Program-made: the position numbers and the translations under genes | Assembly (NCBI GenBank): GCA_001304105.1 | Contig: LJUR01000001.1 | Span: 1-59,053, forward strand | DNA length: 59,053 bases | DNA from: Deltaproteobacteria bacterium SM23_61 | GTDB lineage: Bacteria; Desulfobacterota; SM23-61 | Direction: 5' to 3' | Part shown: piece by piece, positions 48,732 to 57,720 of the stretch | Position numbering within the stretch: position 1 is the first letter of the stretch | Layout of the letters: each line of letters begins with the position of its first letter | Notes under the pieces: generated by a model | What the model saw: only the letters and a program-made list of their open reading frames with translations | Databases searched by the model: none | What the model was told of the DNA's origin: nothing

Positions 48732-50018
48732 TCAACCGCTCGCTACCCGCGGTAACCAGAGCGCAAGGTTCGGGTAGATGGAGATAATCGCCAGCATGGC
48801 GAACATGGCCAGGACGAACGGCAAGGAACCGACGATCACGTCGTTGATGCGGCCGCCCTGGCGAATGCCCTGCACCACGTACAGGTTGATGCCCACCGGC
48901 GGGGTGATCATCGCCGTCTCGATCAAGATCACGAACAGCACTCCATACCAGACGGGATCGAAGCCCGCCTTGAAGATGATGGGTGCGATGATCGGTACGG
49001 TGGCCACCATCATGGAGAGCGTTTCCATGACCATCCCGAGGATGACGTAGAAAACAATCACCGCAAAGAGCAGCTGCGCCGGCGTCAGCCGAAGCCCCAT
49101 GATCAGGTCATTCACCTTCCCGATCAGGCCGATCGAACTCAAGACGAAGTTGAGAAAGTAGGCCGCAATCAGGATGGCCATGATCATCGCCGTGGTGCGC
49201 ATGGTGCCTTCGAAAGCCTGGAGCAGCATCTTCACCGAGATAGCCCGGTGCCACGCGGCGATGCCGAGGGCGGCGATCACCCCGAGGGCGGCGGACTCGG
49301 TGGCCGTGGCCCAGCCCGCATAGATCGAACCCAGCACCGAGATGAAAATCACCACCGGAGGGATGAGATCGGGCAGCGCCCGCACCCGATTTCCCCAGCT
49401 CGCCGACGTGCGCTTCCCGCCCCAGTCCGGCCGAATGAGGCAGCACACCAGAACGGTCAGGCAGAACAGGCTGGCCAGAATGATTCCCGGGACGAAGCCG
49501 GCGAGGTAGAGCTTGGGAATCGATGTATCCGTCAGGACCCCATACACGATCATGTTGATCGACGGCGGGATGAGGATGCCGAGGGTCCCGCCTGCGGCGA
49601 TCGTGCCGAGGAACAGCTGTTCCGAATAGCCGCGCTTGTGGATCTCTCCCATGGCCACCGTGCCGATGGTGGCGGCGGTGGCCACGCTCGAGCCCGAGGT
49701 GGCGGCAAACATGGCACAGGTGGCGATGTTGGTGTGCATGAGGCCGCCGGGCAGCCAGGGCACCCACAGCACCAGCGCGTTGTACATGCGCTCGGCGATC
49801 CCCGAGCGCAACAGGATTTCACCGAGGAGCACGAAGAAAGGGATGGCCACGAGCAGAAAATTGTTCGACGTGGCCCAGGAGAGCTCGCCGATTGCCAGGC
49901 TCAGCGGCAGTTTGGCATAGATCTCCGCCAGCGCCAGGCCGAGCACGCCAAGACCAGCAGCCACCGGCACGGCGAGGGCCAGAAGCCCGATAAGGAGCAA
50001 AAGGGTTGTCCCCAGCAT
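48732..50018 (-). CDS. dctM: TRAP transporter large permease
   Basis: AIPFF, SGSSVA, GTLGILIPPSI, TPPVG.NL. Confidence 0.93.
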   Translation of the reverse strand: MLGTTLLLLIGLLALAVPVAAGLGVLGLALAEIYAKLPLSLAIGELSWATSNNFLLVAIPFFVLLGEILLRSGIAERMYNALVLWVPWLPGGLMHTNIATCAMFAATSGSSVATAATIGTVAMGEIHKRGYSEQLFLGTIAAGGTLGILIPPSINMIVYGVLTDTSIPKLYLAGFVPGIILASLFCLTVLVCCLIRPDWGGKRTSASWGNRVRALPDLIPPVVIFISVLGSIYAGWATATESAALGVIAALGIAAWHRAISVKMLLQAFEGTMRTTAMIMAILIAAYFLNFVLSSIGLIGKVNDLIMGLRLTPAQLLFAVIVFYVILGMVMETLSMMVATVPIIAPIIFKAGFDPVWYGVLFVILIETAMITPPVGINLYVVQGIRQGGRINDVIVGSLPFVLAMFAMLAIISIYPNLALWLPRVASG

Positions 50019-50605
50019 CAGCTCACCGCCCCGTCAGATCTGCGCCCTTTCAGGAGGCGGAGTTCTTGCTCGGCCTCTTCCGTGGCGGAGCGGGTGCTGA
50101 TGGCCCTGGCCGCCGCCCCGGACTCGCCGCCCGCGATCAGCAGGACCGCATGGACGAACAGCGCGCAGCCCAACAAGACGAGCACCGCCAGGCCCAAGAC
50201 CCATATGAACTGGGGAATCACCGTAGGCGTGGCCAGGGCGGTATGGCTTCGCGAGGACGACACCCAGGACTGCTCCACGACAGTCCAGCCGCGCCAGCCG
50301 ACCATTCCGAAAAAGCCGACGAACAGCGCCACTCCTGCAAAATCGAGCCCCAGGCGCAGCCCGCGGGGAAAGTGCCCGTAGAGGGAATCGATGCGGATAT
50401 GGGCACGGTCCAGAAGAGCCGCCCCCAGCGACCAGGATGTACCGATGGCCAGGGCGTAGCCGGCGAGTTCGTCCGCACCGCCGATCGACGTCTCGAAAAA
50501 TTTACGCAGCAGCACGTCGATGCCGATCAGCACGGCCGCCAACAGCACCAGTGCGCCGCCGAACAAAAGGCCGAATCGGCCCAGACGGCGCGCTAGGGTC
50601 ATCAT
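50018..50605 (-). CDS. dctQ: TRAP transporter small permease
   Basis: Four TM helices, DEL..Y, HIRID. Confidence 0.88.
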   Translation of the reverse strand: MMTLARRLGRFGLLFGGALVLLAAVLIGIDVLLRKFFETSIGGADELAGYALAIGTSWSLGAALLDRAHIRIDSLYGHFPRGLRLGLDFAGVALFVGFFGMVGWRGWTVVEQSWVSSSRSHTALATPTVIPQFIWVLGLAVLVLLGCALFVHAVLLIAGGESGAAARAISTRSATEEAEQELRLLKGRRSDGAVS

Positions 50606-50645
50606 AAATTCAAATATCCCCCTTTCGGAAAGCTTACCGCCGCGG

Positions 50646-51701
50646 TCATCGTTTGACCGGAGCCTTCAACCCCAGGACCTTGCCCACGGTCTTGTTCCAT
50701 TCGGCCGCGCACTCGGGGCCGCACCGCTTCGCCCATCCCGCGAGGACCGCGCCTTCGACCAGCTTCTTGCCCATCTTGGCCTCCTCCGGCTTCACCGGAA
50801 CGATGGTCATATGGGCCAGCTTGCCCAAGGTGCAGGGCTGCTTGCCGGTATTGCAGTTATCGGCCTCGGTCATGGCTTGGTTTTGGATCTTCCACATATC
50901 GTCTTCGAAGGTCTTGAACTCCTTGAGCAGGAAGTTCTGGGTGGGCTGATCGAGGCGTTTCCAGTTGTTCAGGTTCGCCGCGAACACAATAATGCTCCAG
51001 CCGACCGACATGGGATAGAGGGACTTGGTCACCTCCGGCCAGCCCGCCGTGTTGCCCGAAAGGCTGCCGGTGACGGCGCAGTCTACCACGCCCTGCTTGA
51101 GGGCGGGGACCACCTCGGCAAAAGCCATGCTCACGGCCGTCGCGCCGATGCCGCTCAGAAAGTCACGCATGGTGGGGTTGAAGACGCGGATCTTCTTGCC
51201 CTTGAGGTCGTCTAGCCCGCTGATCATCTCGCGGCACCAGAACACCTGCGGCGGATTGGCACCGAAAGCGATCAGCTTGCCATTCCAGTTCTTCTGCATC
51301 TGCCGGTCGAGCACCCCGCGGTAGGCTTCGCAGGCGGCCCGCGCTTTGACCGGGTCGAGCGTGAGGCCGGCCAGGTCAACGCCCTCGAAACGCGGGTCGT
51401 CCCCTGCCATCTTGGAGATATCCATCATGGCGAAGTCCATCACCCCCAGGCGCAGCAGGCGCAGCATCGTTTTATCGTCGATGCCCATATGGTCAATGGG
51501 CGTAACATCGGCGGAAATGGCGCCTTTCGATGCCTTGGGTATGTGTTCGCGCCAGAAAGGCAGCTCGACCTTCGGCGATGTAACCACGGTGCTATGATAG
51601 CCGATGACCTTGAAATGGTGCCTCGGCAGGTCCTGCGCACCGACCGCACCGGCTGCGAATACCATCATCAGAGCGACGAGAATACAAATTGTAGCTTTCA
51701 T
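50646..51701 (-). CDS. dctP: TRAP transporter substrate-binding protein
   Basis: Signal peptide, DLKGKKIRV, EV..AL..GVVD. Confidence 0.9.
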   Translation of the reverse strand: MKATICILVALMMVFAAGAVGAQDLPRHHFKVIGYHSTVVTSPKVELPFWREHIPKASKGAISADVTPIDHMGIDDKTMLRLLRLGVMDFAMMDISKMAGDDPRFEGVDLAGLTLDPVKARAACEAYRGVLDRQMQKNWNGKLIAFGANPPQVFWCREMISGLDDLKGKKIRVFNPTMRDFLSGIGATAVSMAFAEVVPALKQGVVDCAVTGSLSGNTAGWPEVTKSLYPMSVGWSIIVFAANLNNWKRLDQPTQNFLLKEFKTFEDDMWKIQNQAMTEADNCNTGKQPCTLGKLAHMTIVPVKPEEAKMGKKLVEGAVLAGWAKRCGPECAAEWNKTVGKVLGLKAPVKR

Positions 51702-52070
51702 CTTGCCCTCCTTTCTTGGGTGATAGGTTTTAGACAAATCAAAGGGGAATAGGAATAAAAACCGGGGAGGTTGTACTCCCGAACAGATTCCAGAAGGGTA
51801 ACCAATTCGAAACCATGGGGCTCGTGGGAAAAATATTTTCTCCGGAAGCCTATCTGCCTGGCATCTTATGGAAACTCCGTTCCATGAATCTCCAAAAAGG
51901 TAAGGTCAAGTTGTCAGGTAGCTCATCTGCGGTTATGATGATTCCATCATCAAAATTATCAAAATCTTCCCTCCGGGTCAACAGGAAAATAGAAGAAGGT
52001 GCCCATAACCCGACCGCGGATCAAAAAATAAGGCTGTTTCTTGAAATTGGGCTGGAACCCTCCACCTCTT

Positions 52071-52334
52071 TTACAGGGCGATCACCCCTTTGATCTTCGC
52101 CGCCTCGCGGTAGAAAGAAATCACTTCCTCGCTGGACCGCACTTCCCATTCCGCGGTAAAACTCACGTATTTGGCGTTCTTCGAATACCGGGTGGTGAAG
52201 GGCTTTCCCTTGAGTAACTGGGCGAGTTCGTCCACCCGGGCCATGGGGGCGATGAACTTGAAAACGTACCCACACGGGAAGGTGTAGAACTCATCCAGTT
52301 TGGCTTGGAGGCTGAGGAGAGACGGGTCTTCCAA
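52071..52334 (-). CDS. DUF493 (YbeD-like) protein; start uncertain
   Basis: FP..Y.FKFI, S.N.KYVS, Y......GVIAL. Confidence 0.8.
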   Translation of the reverse strand: MEDPSLLSLQAKLDEFYTFPCGYVFKFIAPMARVDELAQLLKGKPFTTRYSKNAKYVSFTAEWEVRSSEEVISFYREAAKIKGVIAL

Positions 52335-52392
52335 GAAGGAAATCCTCGGTGACGATTGGGAGATGAAAAATTTTTCTCCGCTTTGCTCTCTT

Positions 52393-53121
52393 TTACGAAG
52401 CGGCGCCTTGGCGCTGCAGGTTTCGGAAAATAATGGACCTTACCTTTTCCAAAAGGGTTTCCCGGTCCTCCTCGGTGAAGGGGGTGGTATCGATGGGCTT
52501 GTCCACAATGACTCTCATGACCCCCGGCTTTATGCGCAGGGCTCTTTTGGGAAAAAGCTTATGACCGTCCAGGATGGTGATGGGCACGATGGGCAGCTTG
52601 GCCTTGAGGGCCAGTACAACCCCTCCCTTTTTGAAGGCCTGCAGGTTCCCGCCCACGGACCGGGTTCCTTCGGCAAAAAAATAGGCACTGATCCCGTCTT
52701 TAAGTTCCTTAATGGCCTGGTTGATCCGGTCGATGGACTTCGGGCTGTCACTCCGGTCGATGAAAATGACCTTGGCCCGCCGCGCGGCCCAGCCGAAGAG
52801 AGGAATCTTTTCCAGGGATTGCTTCCCGATAAACCGCAAGGGGTTGGGCAATTTCCAGGCTACCGCCAGGGGATCCAGATTGCTGGAATGGTTGGAGATA
52901 AAGATGTAAGATCGTTTTTTTTCTATATTTTCAAGGCCTTGGATCCGCACCTTGACACGATTCGTGTTCATGATCAGCCAGGCCCAAACTCTTCCCAGGC
53001 CATAGGGAGCTCTTCCCGTTTTGCTGAAAAGGCTGATGAATAGGACCAGGGGGCCCAGAATTAGGGTATAGATGATGGTGGTCACAGCCGCCCAAAAGGC
53101 CATGGTACCGTTCAAGAGCAT
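52393..53121 (-). CDS. plsC: 1-acyl-sn-glycerol-3-phosphate acyltransferase
   Basis: NHSS.LD, FIDR, F.EGTRS, FKKG, PIVP. Confidence 0.88.
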   Translation of the reverse strand: MLLNGTMAFWAAVTTIIYTLILGPLVLFISLFSKTGRAPYGLGRVWAWLIMNTNRVKVRIQGLENIEKKRSYIFISNHSSNLDPLAVAWKLPNPLRFIGKQSLEKIPLFGWAARRAKVIFIDRSDSPKSIDRINQAIKELKDGISAYFFAEGTRSVGGNLQAFKKGGVVLALKAKLPIVPITILDGHKLFPKRALRIKPGVMRVIVDKPIDTTPFTEEDRETLLEKVRSIIFRNLQRQGAAS

Positions 53122-53339
53122 ACTGATTCCCCCCGTCTCAAAAACGAGTTTGAGCTCTAATGGGGCCTAAGTTGTTGTGAGGCAACCGCAAGGAAGGCTT
53201 ATCTTGGGATTTTATACCACGCCAAGGCCAAGAATGCAATCTTTACAGGGCCGTTGTTTTCCTGGGCTCCGACAAGTCTTCTTTCATCACCGACCGGCCC
53301 CTGGGCATGTCCGGGGGTTAATGATGCGCTAACAGACAA

Positions 53340-53430
53340 GAAGCATGGTGCATAGAGCATAGGGCATGGAGCAAAAGCCACGAATTATTAGTCTTTCGCC
53401 TTGCGCCTTACGCCTTGTGCCTTGCGCCGC
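53340..53430. repeat. 7-bp tandem arrays (GCATNGN and GCCTTNC)
   Basis: gcatggt gcataga gcatagg gcatgga; cgccttg cgcctta cgccttg tgccttg cgcc. Confidence 0.8.
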
Positions 53431-53431
53431 T

Positions 53432-53773
53432 TTAAAACAAGGGCGGCGTGAATACATCGTAATTCAGAAGATCCTCGGCCACGTCGTAGATCCGGTGTTT
53501 GGTGTTCTTGGGAACCCGGATGAAAGTGCCCTTCTCCAGGGCGAAATCGCCCATTCCATCGATCCACATTTTTGCCTTGCCGGCCATGGTGAAGATGATG
53601 TCCTCCTGGGTTTCATGGACATGCTCGGGGATTTCTTTCCCGGCAGGGAGGCTTACCAGGAAGATGGTTATGTCTCCCTGGTCGTCTTTCCGGGTGAGGA
53701 GGTTCTTAATCTGGATCGGCAAAAAGGGGTGAGCGCTCCACTGGAGTTCCTTCTCCCGTTTAACGTATTTCAT
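53432..53773 (-). CDS. Cupin domain protein
   Basis: HVHE..E, G..IRVP....H. Confidence 0.85.
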   Translation of the reverse strand: MKYVKREKELQWSAHPFLPIQIKNLLTRKDDQGDITIFLVSLPAGKEIPEHVHETQEDIIFTMAGKAKMWIDGMGDFALEKGTFIRVPKNTKHRIYDVAEDLLNYDVFTPPLF

Positions 53774-53921
53774 ATGACCTCCTTAATCATTGATCATTGA
53801 ACATTGAGCATTGTTGAATGACCATGTTCATTGACCATTCTTCAATGATTATTGTCCATTATACCTAATTCCCCATGGTTCCATGGATTTTTCGCGGCCC
53901 AACGGCGCCTAGTCTAAATTA

Positions 53922-53950
53922 TTGACTTCAATCAGAATTTAGAATATCAT
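53922..53950 (+). promoter_or_regulatory. Putative sigma70 promoter of DUF465-ilvBNC
   Basis: TTGACT-17 nt-TATCAT. Confidence 0.55.
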
Positions 53951-53992
53951 GAAAATTCATGATTACATCTCCCCGGTGAGGAGGCCAGGGCC

Positions 53993-54235
53993 ATGGAGAA
54001 GCGTGACCTGGAAATGATCCAGAAGTACATCTCCACCGATGCCGAATTGAAACGGCACATGGACGAGCATGAGGAGTACGAACGGAGGCTCCAGGAATTC
54101 AACCGCCGGATTTATCTCACCCCGGATGAAGAAATAGAACGAAAAAGGCTTCAAAAGCTGAAGCTTGCCGGCCGCGATCGGATTGAGTCCATTCTGGCCA
54201 AGTATCGATCTCAAGAACCGAGGGGGAAAGTTTGA
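53993..54235 (+). CDS. DUF465 family coiled-coil protein
   Basis: EH..YE, LTP.EE.E...L.K.KL.G.D; overlaps the ilvB start. Confidence 0.8.
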   Translation: MEKRDLEMIQKYISTDAELKRHMDEHEEYERRLQEFNRRIYLTPDEEIERKRLQKLKLAGRDRIESILAKYRSQEPRGKV

Positions 54236-55923
54236 AAAAGACGGGCGCCGAAATCGTATTTGAGTCTCTCAAGTTGGAAGGGGTCGACACCGTATTCGGG
54301 TTGCCCGGCGGGGCGGTCCTGACCCTGTACCATGCCATGGGCAAGTATGCCGAGGAGATCCGGCACATCCTGGTCCGTCACGAGCAGGGTGCGGTCCATG
54401 CCGCGGACGGTTATGCCCGGTCTTCCGGCAAGGTGGGCGTCTGCATCGTGACCTCCGGCCCCGGCGGCACCAATACCGTCACCGGGTTGGCCACGGCCTA
54501 CATGGATTCCGTCCCCCTGGTGGTCTTCACCGGGCAGGTCCCCACCATGCTGATCGGCAACGATGCCTTTCAGGAGGCGGATATCACCGGAATCACCCGG
54601 CCCTGCACCAAGCACAACTACTTGGTCAAGGATGTCCAGGACCTGCCCATGATCATCAAGCAGGCTTTTCACCTGGCCCGCACGGGAAGGCCGGGGCCCG
54701 TTCTGATCGATTTACCCAAGGATGTCATCGCCGCCACTACGGATTTCAGCTATCCCTCCAAGCTGAAAATGCGCAGTTACAATCCGACCTACCACGGCCA
54801 TCCCGGCCAAATCAAACGGGCGGCCAAGCTCATCGCCAGCGCCAAAAAGCCGCTGATCTACGCCGGGGGCGGGGTCATCCTCTCCAACGCTTCCAAGGAA
54901 CTCACCGCCCTGGCCCAGAAGTTCTCCATCCCGGTCACCACGACCCTGATGGGGCTGGGCTCTTTCCCCGCGACCCATCCCCTCTTCCTGGGCATGCTGG
55001 GGATGCACGGCACCTTCCATGCCAACATGGGGGTTACCCACTGCGACGTTCTGATTGCCATTGGAGCCCGCTTCGATGACCGGGTGACCGGCAGGATCGA
55101 ATCCTTCTCTCCCCACTCCAAGAAGATACACATCGACATCGACCCCACTTCCATCTCCAAGAACGTGCCGGTGGACATTCCCATCGTGGGAGACGCCCGG
55201 AATATTCTCAAAACCCTTCTGAAATACCTGGAGGAGGAGGAACACGATTGGGGCCGAAAACATGCCGACTGGCACAACCAGATCGCCAGCTGGAAGAACA
55301 ACACCGTTCCCCAGGACGCCTCCTGCGGGCCTTGTATCAAGCCGCAATACGTGATCGAGAAGATCAACGAGCTCACCCGGGGAGACGCGATTATTTCCAC
55401 CGAAGTGGGCCAGAATCAAATGTGGACGGCCCAGGCCTTCAAATTCATCCACCCCCGGACCCTGCTCACCTCCGGAGGGCTGGGCACCATGGGCTACGGT
55501 TTCCCCGCAGCCATCGGAGCGCAGGTGGCCTTCCCGGACAAGACGGTGATCGACATTGCCGGAAACGGCAGCATCCAGATGAACATCCAGGAGCTGGCCA
55601 CGGCGGTCCAGTACAACCTGCCGGTCAAGGTGGCCATCCTGAACAACCACTGCCTGGGAATGGTGCGCCAGTGGCAGCAGCTCTTCTACGAGCAGAAGTA
55701 CATCCAGTCGGTCTTCGACGTGGTCCCCGATTTTGTAAAGCTGGCCGAGGCTTACGGCGCCCTCGGCCTGCGGGCCAGCAAGCCGGAAGAAGTGGAAGCG
55801 GTGATCCGCCAGGCGCTCTCCACCCCCAAGCCCGTGCTCATGGAATTCCTGATCGATCAGAACGAATGTGTCTATCCCATGGTCCCGGCGGGGGCAGCGC
55901 TGACCGAAATGCTTCTGGTGTAG
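54232..55923 (+). CDS. ilvB: Acetolactate synthase large subunit
   Basis: FG.PGG, RHEQ, TSGPG.TN, RFDDR, GLGTMG; ThDP motif reads GNG..QMN. Confidence 0.95.
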   Translation: MKKTGAEIVFESLKLEGVDTVFGLPGGAVLTLYHAMGKYAEEIRHILVRHEQGAVHAADGYARSSGKVGVCIVTSGPGGTNTVTGLATAYMDSVPLVVFTGQVPTMLIGNDAFQEADITGITRPCTKHNYLVKDVQDLPMIIKQAFHLARTGRPGPVLIDLPKDVIAATTDFSYPSKLKMRSYNPTYHGHPGQIKRAAKLIASAKKPLIYAGGGVILSNASKELTALAQKFSIPVTTTLMGLGSFPATHPLFLGMLGMHGTFHANMGVTHCDVLIAIGARFDDRVTGRIESFSPHSKKIHIDIDPTSISKNVPVDIPIVGDARNILKTLLKYLEEEEHDWGRKHADWHNQIASWKNNTVPQDASCGPCIKPQYVIEKINELTRGDAIISTEVGQNQMWTAQAFKFIHPRTLLTSGGLGTMGYGFPAAIGAQVAFPDKTVIDIAGNGSIQMNIQELATAVQYNLPVKVAILNNHCLGMVRQWQQLFYEQKYIQSVFDVVPDFVKLAEAYGALGLRASKPEEVEAVIRQALSTPKPVLMEFLIDQNECVYPMVPAGAALTEMLLV

Positions 55924-55931
55924 GGTGAACG

Positions 55932-56456
55932 ATGCGGCACGTCATCTCCATACTGGTGGAAAATGAGCCCGGGGTCCTCTCCCGGGTCTCGGCCCTTTTC
56001 AGCGGCCGGGGATTCAACATCGAAAGCCTCAACGTGGCCGAAACCCTGGACCCCACCATCTCGCGGATGACCCTGATCACCGCCGGCAACGAGCAGATCA
56101 TCGAGCAGATCATCAAGCAGCTCAACAAGCTGGTCAACGTGATCAAAGTGATGGACCTGACCGGGTCCGATTTCGTGGATAGGGAGATGATTCTGGTCCG
56201 GGTCCGGGCGGAAGCGACCTCCCGGGCTGAAGTTCTGCGCATTCTGGAGATCTTCCGGGGCCGGGTGGTGGATGTGTCCCCCAAATCTTTCACCCTGGAA
56301 CTCACCGGGGATGAAAAGAAAATCCAGGCAGTGGTCGAGCTCCTGACCCCCTTCGGGATCCTGGAGATCGTGCGCACGGGCAAGGTGGCCATCATGCGGG
56401 CGAAAAAGAATTCTTTCCACGGCGGAAAGGTTCAGGAGCCGAAAGCAGAGAGTTAA
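55932..56456 (+). CDS. ilvN: Acetolactate synthase small subunit
   Basis: LVENEPGVL.RV..LFS.RGFNIESL, EQI.KQLNKL. Confidence 0.95.
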   Translation: MRHVISILVENEPGVLSRVSALFSGRGFNIESLNVAETLDPTISRMTLITAGNEQIIEQIIKQLNKLVNVIKVMDLTGSDFVDREMILVRVRAEATSRAEVLRILEIFRGRVVDVSPKSFTLELTGDEKKIQAVVELLTPFGILEIVRTGKVAIMRAKKNSFHGGKVQEPKAES

Positions 56457-56574
56457 CCCGTCGATCCAGTCCCGTTCGGAACATCCCTCCCGTCCGGCAG
56501 AGGCCTTCCCCAAAAAAGCGGCAGGTCCACCCGTTGGACCCGGAGCGACGATTATTTCTGAAAAGGAGAATGAA

Positions 56575-57633
56575 ATGGCAAAAATCAGCTTTGGCGGCGT
56601 CATAGAAGATGTGGTGACCCGGGAAGAATTTCCCCTCTCCAGGGCTCAGCAGGTTCTCAAGAACGAAGTGGTGGCCGTCCTCGGCTACGGGGTACAGGGG
56701 CCCGGGCAGAGTCTCAACATGCGGGACAACGGAATCCGGGTGATCGTGGGACAGCGGAGCAAAACCCCTACCTGGGATAAAGCCGTCAAGGACGGCTGGG
56801 TCCCCGGGCAGACCCTTTTCTCCCTGGAAGAAGCTGCCGCCAAGGGAACGATCATCGAGTACCTTCTCTCCGATGCGGGGCAGAAAGAGTTCTGGCCCAA
56901 GTTGAAACCGCACCTGACCGAAGGGAAGACCCTTTTCTTCTCCCACGGGTTCTCCATCACCTACCGGAACCTGACCGGGATCGTCCCCCCAAAAAACGTG
57001 GATGTGGTCCTGGTCGCCCCCAAAGGGTCCGGCCTGTCGCTGCGCCGCAACTTCCTGGAAGGGAGCGGAATCAACAGCAGCTACGCCCTCTTCCAGGACT
57101 ACACGGGGAAAGCCAGGGACAAGACCCAGGCCCTGGGAATTGCCATGGGGTCCGGCTACCTCTTTCCCACCACCTTCGAGAATGAGGTGTACAGCGACCT
57201 GGTGGGAGAGAGGGGGGTTCTGATGGGGGCCATCGCCGGAATCATGGAGGCCCAATACAACGAGCTGCGCAAGCACGGGCACAGCCCCAGCGAGGCCTTC
57301 AACGAAACCGTGGAGGAGTTCACTCAGAGCCTGATCAAGCTCGCCGCCGAGAAGGGAATGGACTGGCTCTACGCCAACTGCAGCACCACCGCCCAGCGGG
57401 GTGCCCTGGACTGGAAGGGGAGATTCCGGGATACGGTGGCTCCCCTCTTTTCCGAACTCTACCAGAGGGTCGAGGACGGAACCGAAGCCAAGATCGTCCT
57501 GGAGAAGAACACCCAGCCCGACTACCGGCAGAAGCTGGACGCCGAGCTGGCCCAGATGAGGAATTCCGAGATGTGGCAGGCCGGAGAGAAAGTCCGCGAC
57601 CTCCGTCCGGAGAATTGGAAGAAAGAAGCTTAA
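56575..57633 (+). CDS. ilvC: Ketol-acid reductoisomerase
   Basis: GYGVQG, FSHGF, VAPKG.G, SDL.GERG.LMG, CSTTAQRGA. Confidence 0.93.
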   Translation: MAKISFGGVIEDVVTREEFPLSRAQQVLKNEVVAVLGYGVQGPGQSLNMRDNGIRVIVGQRSKTPTWDKAVKDGWVPGQTLFSLEEAAAKGTIIEYLLSDAGQKEFWPKLKPHLTEGKTLFFSHGFSITYRNLTGIVPPKNVDVVLVAPKGSGLSLRRNFLEGSGINSSYALFQDYTGKARDKTQALGIAMGSGYLFPTTFENEVYSDLVGERGVLMGAIAGIMEAQYNELRKHGHSPSEAFNETVEEFTQSLIKLAAEKGMDWLYANCSTTAQRGALDWKGRFRDTVAPLFSELYQRVEDGTEAKIVLEKNTQPDYRQKLDAELAQMRNSEMWQAGEKVRDLRPENWKKEA

Positions 57634-57637
57634 TTAC

Positions 57638-57712
57638 CGTTGCCGGTTGCCAGTTGCCGGTTATCGATTATCGCCTTCGGACGGGCAACAGGAAACGGGC
57701 AACGGGGAACGT
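57638..57712. repeat. Inverted 7-bp repeat array (CGGTTGC / GCAACNG)
   Basis: ccgttgc cggttgc cagttgc cggttat versus gggcaac aggaaac gggcaac ggggaac. Confidence 0.75.
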
Positions 57713-57720
57713 TTCTATTT

